In this document: positions 40,279 to 48,300 of the stretch, in pieces
Layout: each line of letters begins with the position of its first letter
Numbering within the stretch: position 1 is the stretch's first letter
Translations under genes and position numbers: made by a program
NCBI GenBank assembly: GCA_035490495.1
Contig: DATHDE010000085.1
Location: forward strand, 1,885-65,884
DNA: 64,000 nt
Reading direction: 5' to 3'
From: Nitrospirota bacterium
GTDB lineage: Bacteria > Nitrospirota > UBA9217
Notes under the pieces: model-generated
Databases searched by the model: none
Seen by the model: the letters and a program-made list of their open reading frames with translations, nothing else
Told to the model about the DNA's origin: nothing

Positions 40279-41649
40279 CTATTTGCCGATACAGAAGCTG
40301 TTGAATATGCGTTCAAGGATGTCCTCGGTATGCGTTGCGCCGACTATAAGCCCCAGGCTGTCCAGGGCGGCACGCAGGTCCAGGGCTATGAATTCAGGCG
40401 ATTGGAGCCCGGCAGCGCTTTCGTGAGCGCGCTCAAGACTGCTGCGAGCCTGTTCCAGCTCCTTTTTATGGCGTGCATTGATTGCCCAGGAATGGTCACG
40501 CGCGGGAATGCTGCCTTGCAGAACACAGCCTGCCAAAAAATCCTTCAGCTCCGTAAGGCCGGCACCGGTCCGGCATGAAACGGCCACCTGGCGGCTTGGG
40601 GTGTCGAGATGTTCTATCCCGCGCGGCAGGTCCGATTTGTTTATTACTGCAATCGTCTGTTTGTGCTTGACGCTCTCCAGAACCTGGCTATCTTCGGGAT
40701 GGAGGGGCTGCGAGCCGTCGAGCACAAAAAGGATGATGTCCGCAGCCTTGACGGCAGCAAGGCTCCTGCGCACCCCCTCCTGCTCAACGAGATCATGCGA
40801 ATGTCTGATGCCTGCCGTATCGAGTATCTTGAACGGTACCCCGTTGATATTGAGATATTCTTCGAGCACGTCGCGCGTTGTTCCGGGGATGTCCGTGACA
40901 ATGGCGCGGTCCTGCTTGAGCAGTGCGTTCAAGAGAGATGATTTTCCGACATTCGGCCGGCCGACAATGGCTGTTGCACAGCCGTTGCGGAGAATCCGGC
41001 CGAAGTCATGCGTCGTAATGAGCTCGGCGACGCGTTTGATCAGATGGGAAATCTCCCCTGCCAGCGGTTTGCCGCCCGGGGTCACGATATCCTCCTCGGG
41101 AAAATCAATACCCGCCTCAACCGAGGCGAGCAGTGAGAGCAGGTCCTCACGAAGTGCGCCAATTTCACGCGACACTGCGCCCAGCAGCTGCTCATTTGCC
41201 GCACGGTGGGCAAGCTCCGTCTTGGCGCTGATGACATCCATGACCGCTTCCGCCTGGGCCAGATCGATCCTGCCATTTAAAAAGGCGCGCTTGGTGAATT
41301 CTCCGGGTTCAGCCATGCGTGCCCCCTGTTTCAGCAGGAGCGCAAGCGTGCGCTGAAGCGGCAGCATGCCGCCGTGGCAGTTGATTTCGACAACATCTTC
41401 CCTTGTGTACGTTGCAGGCGCGCGCATTACCGTTACCAGAACTTCATCAACCATATCCCCGGTTTCGGGGTCAACGATGCTGCCGTATCGGATGGTATGC
41501 GAAGCCTGGGCGCTGATATCGCCTCGTACTCGCGCGCGAAACAATGCAGATGCGAGTCTCACCGCATCTTTGCCGCAGATGCGGATGATCCCGATGCCGC
41601 CCTCTCCCGGCGGTGTTGAAACGGCACATATGGTATCGTCCAGCAGCAT
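40279..41649 (-). CDS. mnmE: tRNA modification GTPase MnmE (TrmE)
   Basis: 456 aa. G-domain GRPNVGKSS and DTAG, with the C-terminal CIGK motif. Confidence 0.96.
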   Translation of the reverse strand: MLLDDTICAVSTPPGEGGIGIIRICGKDAVRLASALFRARVRGDISAQASHTIRYGSIVDPETGDMVDEVLVTVMRAPATYTREDVVEINCHGGMLPLQRTLALLLKQGARMAEPGEFTKRAFLNGRIDLAQAEAVMDVISAKTELAHRAANEQLLGAVSREIGALREDLLSLLASVEAGIDFPEEDIVTPGGKPLAGEISHLIKRVAELITTHDFGRILRNGCATAIVGRPNVGKSSLLNALLKQDRAIVTDIPGTTRDVLEEYLNINGVPFKILDTAGIRHSHDLVEQEGVRRSLAAVKAADIILFVLDGSQPLHPEDSQVLESVKHKQTIAVINKSDLPRGIEHLDTPSRQVAVSCRTGAGLTELKDFLAGCVLQGSIPARDHSWAINARHKKELEQARSSLERAHESAAGLQSPEFIALDLRAALDSLGLIVGATHTEDILERIFNSFCIGK

Positions 41650-41745
41650 GCGCGTATATTACCATAAAGAGCACATCCTAAAAAGCATCTATTTTGCAAC
41701 AGGCAGAAATCGGAACCTTTCTGAATGTATCTGCGACGTTATTTA

Positions 41746-41754
41746 TGATACAAT
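41746..41754 (+). promoter_or_regulatory. possible extended -10 promoter (TGATACAAT)
   Basis: Lies in the mnmE / small ORF-pgi divergent gap, about 70 nt upstream of the ATG at 41824. Confidence 0.35.
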
Positions 41755-41823
41755 GTGTTTACCGCTTCATATTGACCCGCCGGAACATGCGGTACGAAAA
41801 AAATTGTGGTTCGGGGCGCTCCC

Positions 41824-42072
41824 ATGAAGACGCAGGACCTGAAAAAAATCGCCGAAAGGTACACCCCGCAGCAGCTCGAATCATGTATCCGTGAACAGCT
41901 CGCAAAAGGCGCGAACAGCTGCAATGTTATTGATGAAGAGAACGAAGTCATGGCATTTCTGGGAAAAGCTGAAGTCGTCCGCGAGCTCATGGATCAGGGA
42001 ATGACCTTTTCTGAAGCGCTCCGCGAGCTCGGCAGGCGCATCAGGGCAGTATACGGGGCGGATGATACGTGA
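41824..42072 (+). CDS. small hypothetical protein
   Basis: 82 aa from ATG 41824 (the track starts at GTG 41806). Helical and charged. No family recognised. Weak RBS. Confidence 0.45.
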   Translation: MKTQDLKKIAERYTPQQLESCIREQLAKGANSCNVIDEENEVMAFLGKAEVVRELMDQGMTFSEALRELGRRIRAVYGADDT

Positions 42073-42099
42073 AAATGTTCAATGCCTGGAGGAAGGATC

Positions 42100-43689
42100 A
42101 TGGACTCGAAAGAACTCTGGACGCGCTATAAAAAATATCTGTGTGAATTCCCCGGCCTCGGCCTGACGCTTGATGTGAGCAGAATGCACCTGGATGAGCA
42201 CTTTCTCGACCGGATGGAGCCGGAAATGCAGAAGGCCTACGGTGCCATGGCTGCTCTCGAATCGGGCGCTGTCGCCAATCCCGACGAGCAGCGCATGGTG
42301 GGCCACTACTGGCTCAGGAATCCATCACTCGCGCCGGACGGGCTTGCAAAAGACATCCAGGAACTGCTGAAGTCGATCCACGACTTTACGTTCAATATTC
42401 ATGCGGGAAAGATTTTTCCCCGAAAGCGCGCCCGGTTCACGAACCTGCTCAATATCGGTATCGGCGGATCGGCGCTGGGACCCCAGTTTGCCGCGGATGC
42501 CCTCGGCACGGTCGACGACAAGATGAAGCCGTATTTTCTCGACAATACTGATCCGGACGGCATAGCGCGCGTCCTTTCGGCAATCGGCGGGAATCTCGGC
42601 GACACCCTGACCATCGTCACATCGAAGAGCGGCAGCACCATTGAAACGAGAAACGGAATGCTCGAGGTGGCAGCGGCATACCGCAAAGCGGGGATGTCGT
42701 TCGAGCGGCACGCAGTGGCGATCACCGGGGCGGGCAGCAAACTCGATGAGCAGGCGCGAAAAGATTCATGGCTTGCACGTTTCCCCATGTGGGACTGGGT
42801 TGGCGGCCGCACGTCGCTCATGTCGGCCGTGGGCCTGCTTCCGTTGTCCCTGCAGGGGGTCGCGATTCAGGAACTGCTCGCGGGTGCTGCGCAATGCGAT
42901 GAACTGACGCGAACGAAGAACACGCGGATGAACCCTGCGGCGCTGCTCGCCCTATCGTGGTTTTTTGCCACCGGCGGCCGGGGCAGCAAAGATATGGTGA
43001 TTCTGCCGTATCGCGACCGGCTCGTACTTTTCCCGAAATATCTGCAGCAGCTTGTCATGGAATCGCTCGGCAAGGAAAAGGACATGGACGGAAAGACGGT
43101 GAACCAGGGGCTTACCGTGTACGGGAATAAAGGCACGACAGACCAGCATGCTTATGTGCAGCAGTTGCGCGACGGCGTCGATAATTTTTTCGCGACATTC
43201 ATTGAAGTAATGAACGACTCCGATACGCCCGCCCTCGACGTGGACGCTGGTCTTACGAGTGGCGATTATCTTCATGCATTCCTGTACGGGACCAGAAGCG
43301 CCTTGTACGAAAAAGGCCGGCAGTCAATTACAATAACCCTCGAAAAGCTGGATGCCAGGAGTCTCGGTGCGGTCATCGCGCTGTACGAGCGCGCAGTGGG
43401 ATTCTACGCATCGCTCGTAAACATCAATGCCTATCACCAGCCTGGCGTCGAAGCAGGTAAAAAGATGGCGGGTGCGGTGATCACCCTTCAGCGCGCGGTA
43501 ATGGAATATGTGAAAAACAACCGAGGCAGGTCGTTTACCGCAGAGCAGATTGCAGAGGCAGTTCAGGCACAGGATGCCGAAGAAACAGTCTTCAAGATTC
43601 TGGAGCATGCGAGCTCAAACAAGCAGCATGGCATCATCAGGAAGCCGTCCGTGCACGCGTACGAATCGCGATATGAAGCCGCACCCTGA
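42100..43689 (+). CDS. pgi: glucose-6-phosphate isomerase
   Basis: Start moved to MDSKELW (GGAGG RBS at 42088-42092). SIS-domain motifs ([23 protein letters not shown]) and C-terminal PGI signature. Confidence 0.92.
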   Translation: MDSKELWTRYKKYLCEFPGLGLTLDVSRMHLDEHFLDRMEPEMQKAYGAMAALESGAVANPDEQRMVGHYWLRNPSLAPDGLAKDIQELLKSIHDFTFNIHAGKIFPRKRARFTNLLNIGIGGSALGPQFAADALGTVDDKMKPYFLDNTDPDGIARVLSAIGGNLGDTLTIVTSKSGSTIETRNGMLEVAAAYRKAGMSFERHAVAITGAGSKLDEQARKDSWLARFPMWDWVGGRTSLMSAVGLLPLSLQGVAIQELLAGAAQCDELTRTKNTRMNPAALLALSWFFATGGRGSKDMVILPYRDRLVLFPKYLQQLVMESLGKEKDMDGKTVNQGLTVYGNKGTTDQHAYVQQLRDGVDNFFATFIEVMNDSDTPALDVDAGLTSGDYLHAFLYGTRSALYEKGRQSITITLEKLDARSLGAVIALYERAVGFYASLVNINAYHQPGVEAGKKMAGAVITLQRAVMEYVKNNRGRSFTAEQIAEAVQAQDAEETVFKILEHASSNKQHGIIRKPSVHAYESRYEAAP

Positions 43690-43719
43690 AAGAACGGCCC
43701 GCGAAAAAGCGCTCAGAAC

Positions 43720-44313
43720 CTATAAGCCGGTTGATTGAACGCCGAGGGAAAATCGTTTTCTGTTTTTCAGCAAATCAACGTCCTTCTGAAGGTTGCTTCG
43801 CGCCCGCGGGTCACCGACCTCCTGAACACGCCGATGCAGGCTTTGGATCAGGGCCCCGGCATACGTGTGCGGCTTGACCACCGGCGCAAGAATTCTCCAG
43901 CCGTTCTCCGTCTTGGTGAGTCTGAAAGTGATCCTCTCCCCTTTCCGGTAAAAAGCGGTTCTGTTCGGCGCGTAATCGCCGGTTACCGCATAAAAGACAT
44001 CAACCTCCGCGCTTCCCGTTTTGTGCCTGACCTCGCCGATCCTGAACGAATTGATAATAACGACGTGGTCCCGGACCGGCTCATCAGCCGACTGCACAAG
44101 GCTTCGTAGCAGCGGCAGCGCTGTTTCCGTAGCCCGGGACCAAAGGCGTCCACCGTGTGCATCCAGTTCACAAAACGACTGCACCGTTCGTTCGGGCGTC
44201 ATGATTTCAATGTCCTCATGTCTGATCGCTGCTTCGGTCGGGGCGGTTGCCTTCTCCGAACACGCAGGAACAAAATATATGATTATTCCGAGGAGGATCC
44301 AGAATCTTTGCAT
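43720..44313 (-). CDS. hypothetical lipoprotein
   Basis: Start moved to MQRFWILLGIIIYFVPAC (signal peptide plus lipobox, AAGGAG RBS). No family recognised. Confidence 0.65.
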   Translation of the reverse strand: MQRFWILLGIIIYFVPACSEKATAPTEAAIRHEDIEIMTPERTVQSFCELDAHGGRLWSRATETALPLLRSLVQSADEPVRDHVVIINSFRIGEVRHKTGSAEVDVFYAVTGDYAPNRTAFYRKGERITFRLTKTENGWRILAPVVKPHTYAGALIQSLHRRVQEVGDPRARSNLQKDVDLLKNRKRFSLGVQSTGL

Positions 44314-44353
44314 GTGCACTCCTTTATTGAATGCTATGTGCTTCAAGCGCATT

Positions 44354-44367
44354 ACTATAGCATAAAA
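44354..44367 (-). promoter_or_regulatory. extended -10 promoter motif TTTTATGCTATAGT (copy 1)
   Basis: Minus strand reads TTTTATGCTATAGT. The -10 hexamer lies about 40 nt upstream of the ATG at 44313. Confidence 0.45.
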
Positions 44368-44470
44368 TGAGAATTTAGGCATTTGCTGGTTGAACGATGG
44401 ACTGCAAAAGGTGTTAAAAAAAGGGGGATCAGAAAAAAAAGCAGAACAACGCAGAAAACAGAACATGGTG

Positions 44471-45142
44471 TTATCGGTTTAGTGCATTTTCAATCGCCAT
44501 CTTGTCGGTTGGTCCGATGTTCGTGAACTTGACACCGTACAGATACGTATCCAGACGTGGATCTGTCTGTGTAGTCCTGGCTATTTCGCCGTATCCGCTG
44601 ATATGCGTTCCATCGGGCAGGAAAAAAGAGAAATAAATACCATCGCCCAGCAGTAATTCTTGTTCGGCTTTAATGAGCATACCGCTCGTGCTGATATTTT
44701 CGGTCCAGAAAGGCCGTGGACGGTTCTTAAATGCACCTTGAATGGCCAGGGCAATCGGCGCGCGGTACTGCATACGCGGTGCGACATTCAAGAATTTGTG
44801 CATCTTAATATGAAGCAACGCAATATCGAGGGGCAGGGTAAAAAGCGCATTGGCTTTACACAGCCTGCATCGATCACGATGAGCAAGCGTGTCCTTGCAG
44901 ATGAGTATGGTGGCGACTTCGCGCAGTTCATGCGATTTCCTGATCGTGTTAAAAAGTTCCTCCGTTTTCATACCGGGCAGCTCGAGCTGGGTCACAATGA
45001 GATCAACCCGCTCTTTGGAGTGGATCTTGAGGATTTCATTGTTCGTGCCTGCGGAAAAAACCTTGATCTCCGACCGGTCCAGATAGCTGCTTTTTTCTGT
45101 TAAAAGCTGTCGCAGATCATCCGATAACAAGACCTTTTTCAC
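44471..45142 (-). CDS. degenerate receiver (REC-like) domain fused to a PilZ domain
   Basis: The N-terminus is CheY-like, but the phospho-acceptor position reads Q (DLIVTQLELPGM). C-terminal PilZ motifs RMQYR (RxxxR) and NISTSG (D/NxSxxG). Confidence 0.75.
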   Translation of the reverse strand: MKKVLLSDDLRQLLTEKSSYLDRSEIKVFSAGTNNEILKIHSKERVDLIVTQLELPGMKTEELFNTIRKSHELREVATILICKDTLAHRDRCRLCKANALFTLPLDIALLHIKMHKFLNVAPRMQYRAPIALAIQGAFKNRPRPFWTENISTSGMLIKAEQELLLGDGIYFSFFLPDGTHISGYGEIARTTQTDPRLDTYLYGVKFTNIGPTDKMAIENALNR

Positions 45143-45210
45143 ATTAGCACTCTCCCACGCATTCTGTCTGCCAAACGCGTAAATCAGGACTGCCTTGCAT
45201 GCACAGGAAA

Positions 45211-45224
45211 ACTATAGCATAAAA
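45211..45224 (-). promoter_or_regulatory. extended -10 promoter motif TTTTATGCTATAGT (copy 2)
   Basis: Identical 14-mer on the minus strand, about 70 nt upstream of the GTG start at 45142. Confidence 0.45.
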
Positions 45225-45246
45225 AGGTTTATGCAAGCTTTCTGGC

Positions 45247-45579
45247 CTAAAAATCAGGAAACAGTTTAATAACAAGAGATTTTCCGTCCGCAGTCGGGCA
45301 TTCCGCCAGCAGGATTCCGCCTTCAATATAATCAAGTTTAAAATTCGAGAATCCCCGAGCAACCAGCTTTCTTGCATCCGCGGGGCATCCATTCTCGCAA
45401 CCGGCCACACCTCGTATCATTTTCGGCAACAGGCCGTTGAAATCCAGCCCCCGCGACAGGGAGCCCGCCTCAGTCATGAATGATTCGATCCGTTTTGCCG
45501 TTGCTTCGATATCGATTTTGAATGGATTCTCAATTGGTATGGACAAAGACTTGCCATTCAGCTTAACCTCGAACTCCAT
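45247..45579 (-). CDS. small hypothetical protein (GCENGCP motif)
   Basis: Start moved to MEFEVKLNGK (GGAGGGG RBS). 110 aa. No family recognised. Confidence 0.5.
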   Translation of the reverse strand: MEFEVKLNGKSLSIPIENPFKIDIEATAKRIESFMTEAGSLSRGLDFNGLLPKMIRGVAGCENGCPADARKLVARGFSNFKLDYIEGGILLAECPTADGKSLVIKLFPDF

Positions 45580-45671
45580 AATAAACCCCTCCCCCCAATG
45601 GCGGCAAAAGGCCGTTTCCGAAGCGCCCTCACAACCCGCATGGCGATCCTCTATAAAAAGTCCTCTTGCTT

Positions 45672-45989
45672 TCAACGGCGCTTTTTTAGATTACGATCGA
45701 TTTTTGCATTAGCCAGCTTCTCCTTTAAAGATGCTTCTTTCCGGGATCGCGTCAGTTTTTTGAAAGCATATTCCTTGCGCAAGGCTTGTGAGCGTCCGCG
45801 GCAGCTTTCCTGGTAAACGATATACACGGGGCGCCTGCTCCTTGTATACCGTGAACCGACGCCCGTATTATGCTGCAAGAGGCGCCGCATAATATTATTT
45901 GTAATGCCCGTATACAGCGAACCGTCCCCGCATCGCAGAACGTACATGCACCAGCCGCCAGATCCGCGAGCCGCATCTCGTGAAGGCAT
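45672..45989 (-). CDS. GIY-YIG nuclease-superfamily protein (UPF0213-like)
   Basis: MYVLRCGDGSLYTGITNNIMRRLLQHNTG...GSRYT matches the GIY-YIG signature. About 100 aa. Confidence 0.8.
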   Translation of the reverse strand: MPSRDAARGSGGWCMYVLRCGDGSLYTGITNNIMRRLLQHNTGVGSRYTRSRRPVYIVYQESCRGRSQALRKEYAFKKLTRSRKEASLKEKLANAKIDRNLKKRR

Positions 45990-46175
45990 GGGCAGATTGT
46001 AACCGAGTCGACAGGTTGAATCAAGGAGAGATTATGATAAAATACAATGTAACCGTTTTAAATACTTGTCGGCATGTCAACATTAGTCTATAATTAGACG
46101 CTAGTGACGGCATGAGTTTAATAAAAAGAATAATCATGAGCAGCGTCCCGCTCGCCGGAGGCCCGAATATCAGCC

Positions 46176-46802
46176 ATGGATAAGAATATATTTGAAGTGG
46201 GCCAGGTCCTTTCATTCGAATCCTATTATAAAGTGCATCTGCCGTCGCCTGTCATCGGCTGGCAAAAAGACGAATTTGTTTTAACGAAGGCGCTCTATAT
46301 CGGAGGCCAGCCAGCAAAACTGCAGGCCGATGATACGGTCAGAATCCGTTTTCTTAAAGACGGGACTGCTTACGGATTCGAATCGAAAATCATTACTGTA
46401 CAATTTTATCCATTTCCTCTTATGTTCGTCAAGTATCCGACTGATGTGGAACATCTGAAGATCAGAATCAGCACGCGTTACAAAGTCAATATCATCTCTA
46501 AACTGCTCCTTGCTTCAGGAGAAGTTGTCGCCGATGATGCTTCTCTTATCGATATTAGTGAGGGCGGGTGCGGACTGAAAGTGCCGGTGCAAGAGGGACG
46601 TACGCTGTCGCCGGAAACTGATTACGAGATTGCCTTCAAAATCATGGACAGGGAAGTAAGAATGGGCTGCGGTGTCAGGAAATTCGACCAGCGCGGAAAA
46701 TATGCAGTTATAATGGGAATGGAATTTACAAAGATAGCTCCGAAAGACAAGGAAACGCTCGCCTTTTTTATCGATTTTCTCTCCCAAAATGCGATGCTAT
46801 AG
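46176..46802 (+). CDS. PilZ-domain protein (YcgR-like, PilZN plus PilZ)
   Basis: 208 aa. RISTR (RxxxR) followed by DISEGG (DxSxxG). Confidence 0.8.
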   Translation: MDKNIFEVGQVLSFESYYKVHLPSPVIGWQKDEFVLTKALYIGGQPAKLQADDTVRIRFLKDGTAYGFESKIITVQFYPFPLMFVKYPTDVEHLKIRISTRYKVNIISKLLLASGEVVADDASLIDISEGGCGLKVPVQEGRTLSPETDYEIAFKIMDREVRMGCGVRKFDQRGKYAVIMGMEFTKIAPKDKETLAFFIDFLSQNAML

Positions 46803-47063
46803 CTGAACGCCTGCCGTTTGCAGAGATCAAGATGACTATCCAGAAGGAGCCTGTGTAGGCAAGCAGGGCTGAGGACTCGCCGTGGTGGCTGATGAAGTCA
46901 GAAATCCCGCGGAGCGAAGCGGTCAGGCCATGGAAAACCAGCCAAGCGCATCGAGTTGATTCAGCAGGCAGCAAGCGAGTGTGTGCATGCCATGAAGAAG
47001 GGCAGTAATTCTTCGTGTTCTCTGCGTCCTCCGTGGTGAAGAGTACTTTTCAAGAATTTTGCA

Positions 47064-47795
47064 CTATCTAAATACTTCCCGAAGCAGCTCGGTCACGCGT
47101 GCAGCCGGATCTTTCCGTATCTTAGCTTCTTCCTTCCCTACCATAAGAAACAGCCCGTCCAATGCCCTGCTTGTGACGTAGTGATCAAGATCGACTGTTT
47201 CATGCTTCAAGAAAGGTATCCTTTTCGCTTCGTCCATCAACCTTTTGAATGAGCGTGTCACCCCAACGCTGTTCATGGCAGCTGAGACCTGCGGATGGAA
47301 TGCCTGATACAGTTTTTCAGACGTCTTGCCCTTCAGGTAATCTGTTGCAGCGGTCTCATGCCCGCGCAGAATGGAGATCGCGTCCGGGATGGTCATTTCC
47401 TTTATTGCTCCGAGAAAAAGGTCCAATGCCTGGGGCGCGGCCTTTTCTGCCGCCCTGTTCATGGAAAGGAGAAATTCATCCACCTCACGGCCCAGGCCTG
47501 CGGAGCGCAGCGTATGTTCGATCTTGCGAACGTTCTCAGGCAGAGGAATCGTGATGGCGGGATTTTTGAAATAGCCGTCGATCTTCGATACGAGTGCTAC
47601 ACTATTGCGGCTGCCAACGGAGAGCGCTTCTTTCAGGCCTGAAGCAACCTTTTTGCTGTCCAGCGGTGAAGAGGACTTTCCCTCGTCGATATACTCGTGT
47701 TTAAGATCATTCAGCTCGTCAAAGATATTTTTTGACGATGCTATTGACGGGACGAGCAGCAGTGCGCTGAGAATGAATAACACAATAAATCTCAT
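47064..47795 (-). CDS. DUF4197-family secreted protein
   Basis: Signal peptide, then GLKEALSVGSRNSVALVSK...MNRAAEKAAPQA...ATDYL pattern as recalled for DUF4197. Confidence 0.7.
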   Translation of the reverse strand: MRFIVLFILSALLLVPSIASSKNIFDELNDLKHEYIDEGKSSSPLDSKKVASGLKEALSVGSRNSVALVSKIDGYFKNPAITIPLPENVRKIEHTLRSAGLGREVDEFLLSMNRAAEKAAPQALDLFLGAIKEMTIPDAISILRGHETAATDYLKGKTSEKLYQAFHPQVSAAMNSVGVTRSFKRLMDEAKRIPFLKHETVDLDHYVTSRALDGLFLMVGKEEAKIRKDPAARVTELLREVFR

Positions 47796-48300
47796 ACGTA
47801 TCCTCCGTAGCGATATCGGATGATGTGCAATCCGAACATACGTTTTTCGTTATCTTTCTTTTCGTCGAGACTGCATGTTCCGGGATTTTCTGCCTTGCCG
47901 ATGAACCGGTCTTGATCATTCGGGCTATCGGCGTTCATCTTGTTATCTCGAAATACACAAGTATGAGTAGTTATGCGACTGTAGCAAATAATGCCGCAGC
48001 GGTCAATAATAAAACCAGGACCTTGTAGCGTAACGCATGAATATCGTTATACTTCGTTCGGGACGGAGACTGACTTGAAGAGCATCCACCCCCGAAGTTG
48101 CAGCTTATCATTATGCATAATGCACAGGGCATGTTTCGCTTTTTCGCCGTAAATCTTCCACCTTGTTGAATTACTAAAACCGCTGTGTTACACTGCTTTC
48201 AGTCAGTTAATTCTACCTTATATAATGCAGTGCAATGAAAAGTCACCCTTACCCCGGTTCGCACCCCCACAGGGAGAAGGGATTATTAAAGTATACATAA

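Noticed and set aside
47825-48028. 67-aa ORF (+) and 66-aa ORF 47719..47919 (-) in the mfd upstream gap.
   Set aside because: Neither has a Shine-Dalgarno sequence or recognisable features. The minus-strand ORF overlaps the DUF4197 gene start.
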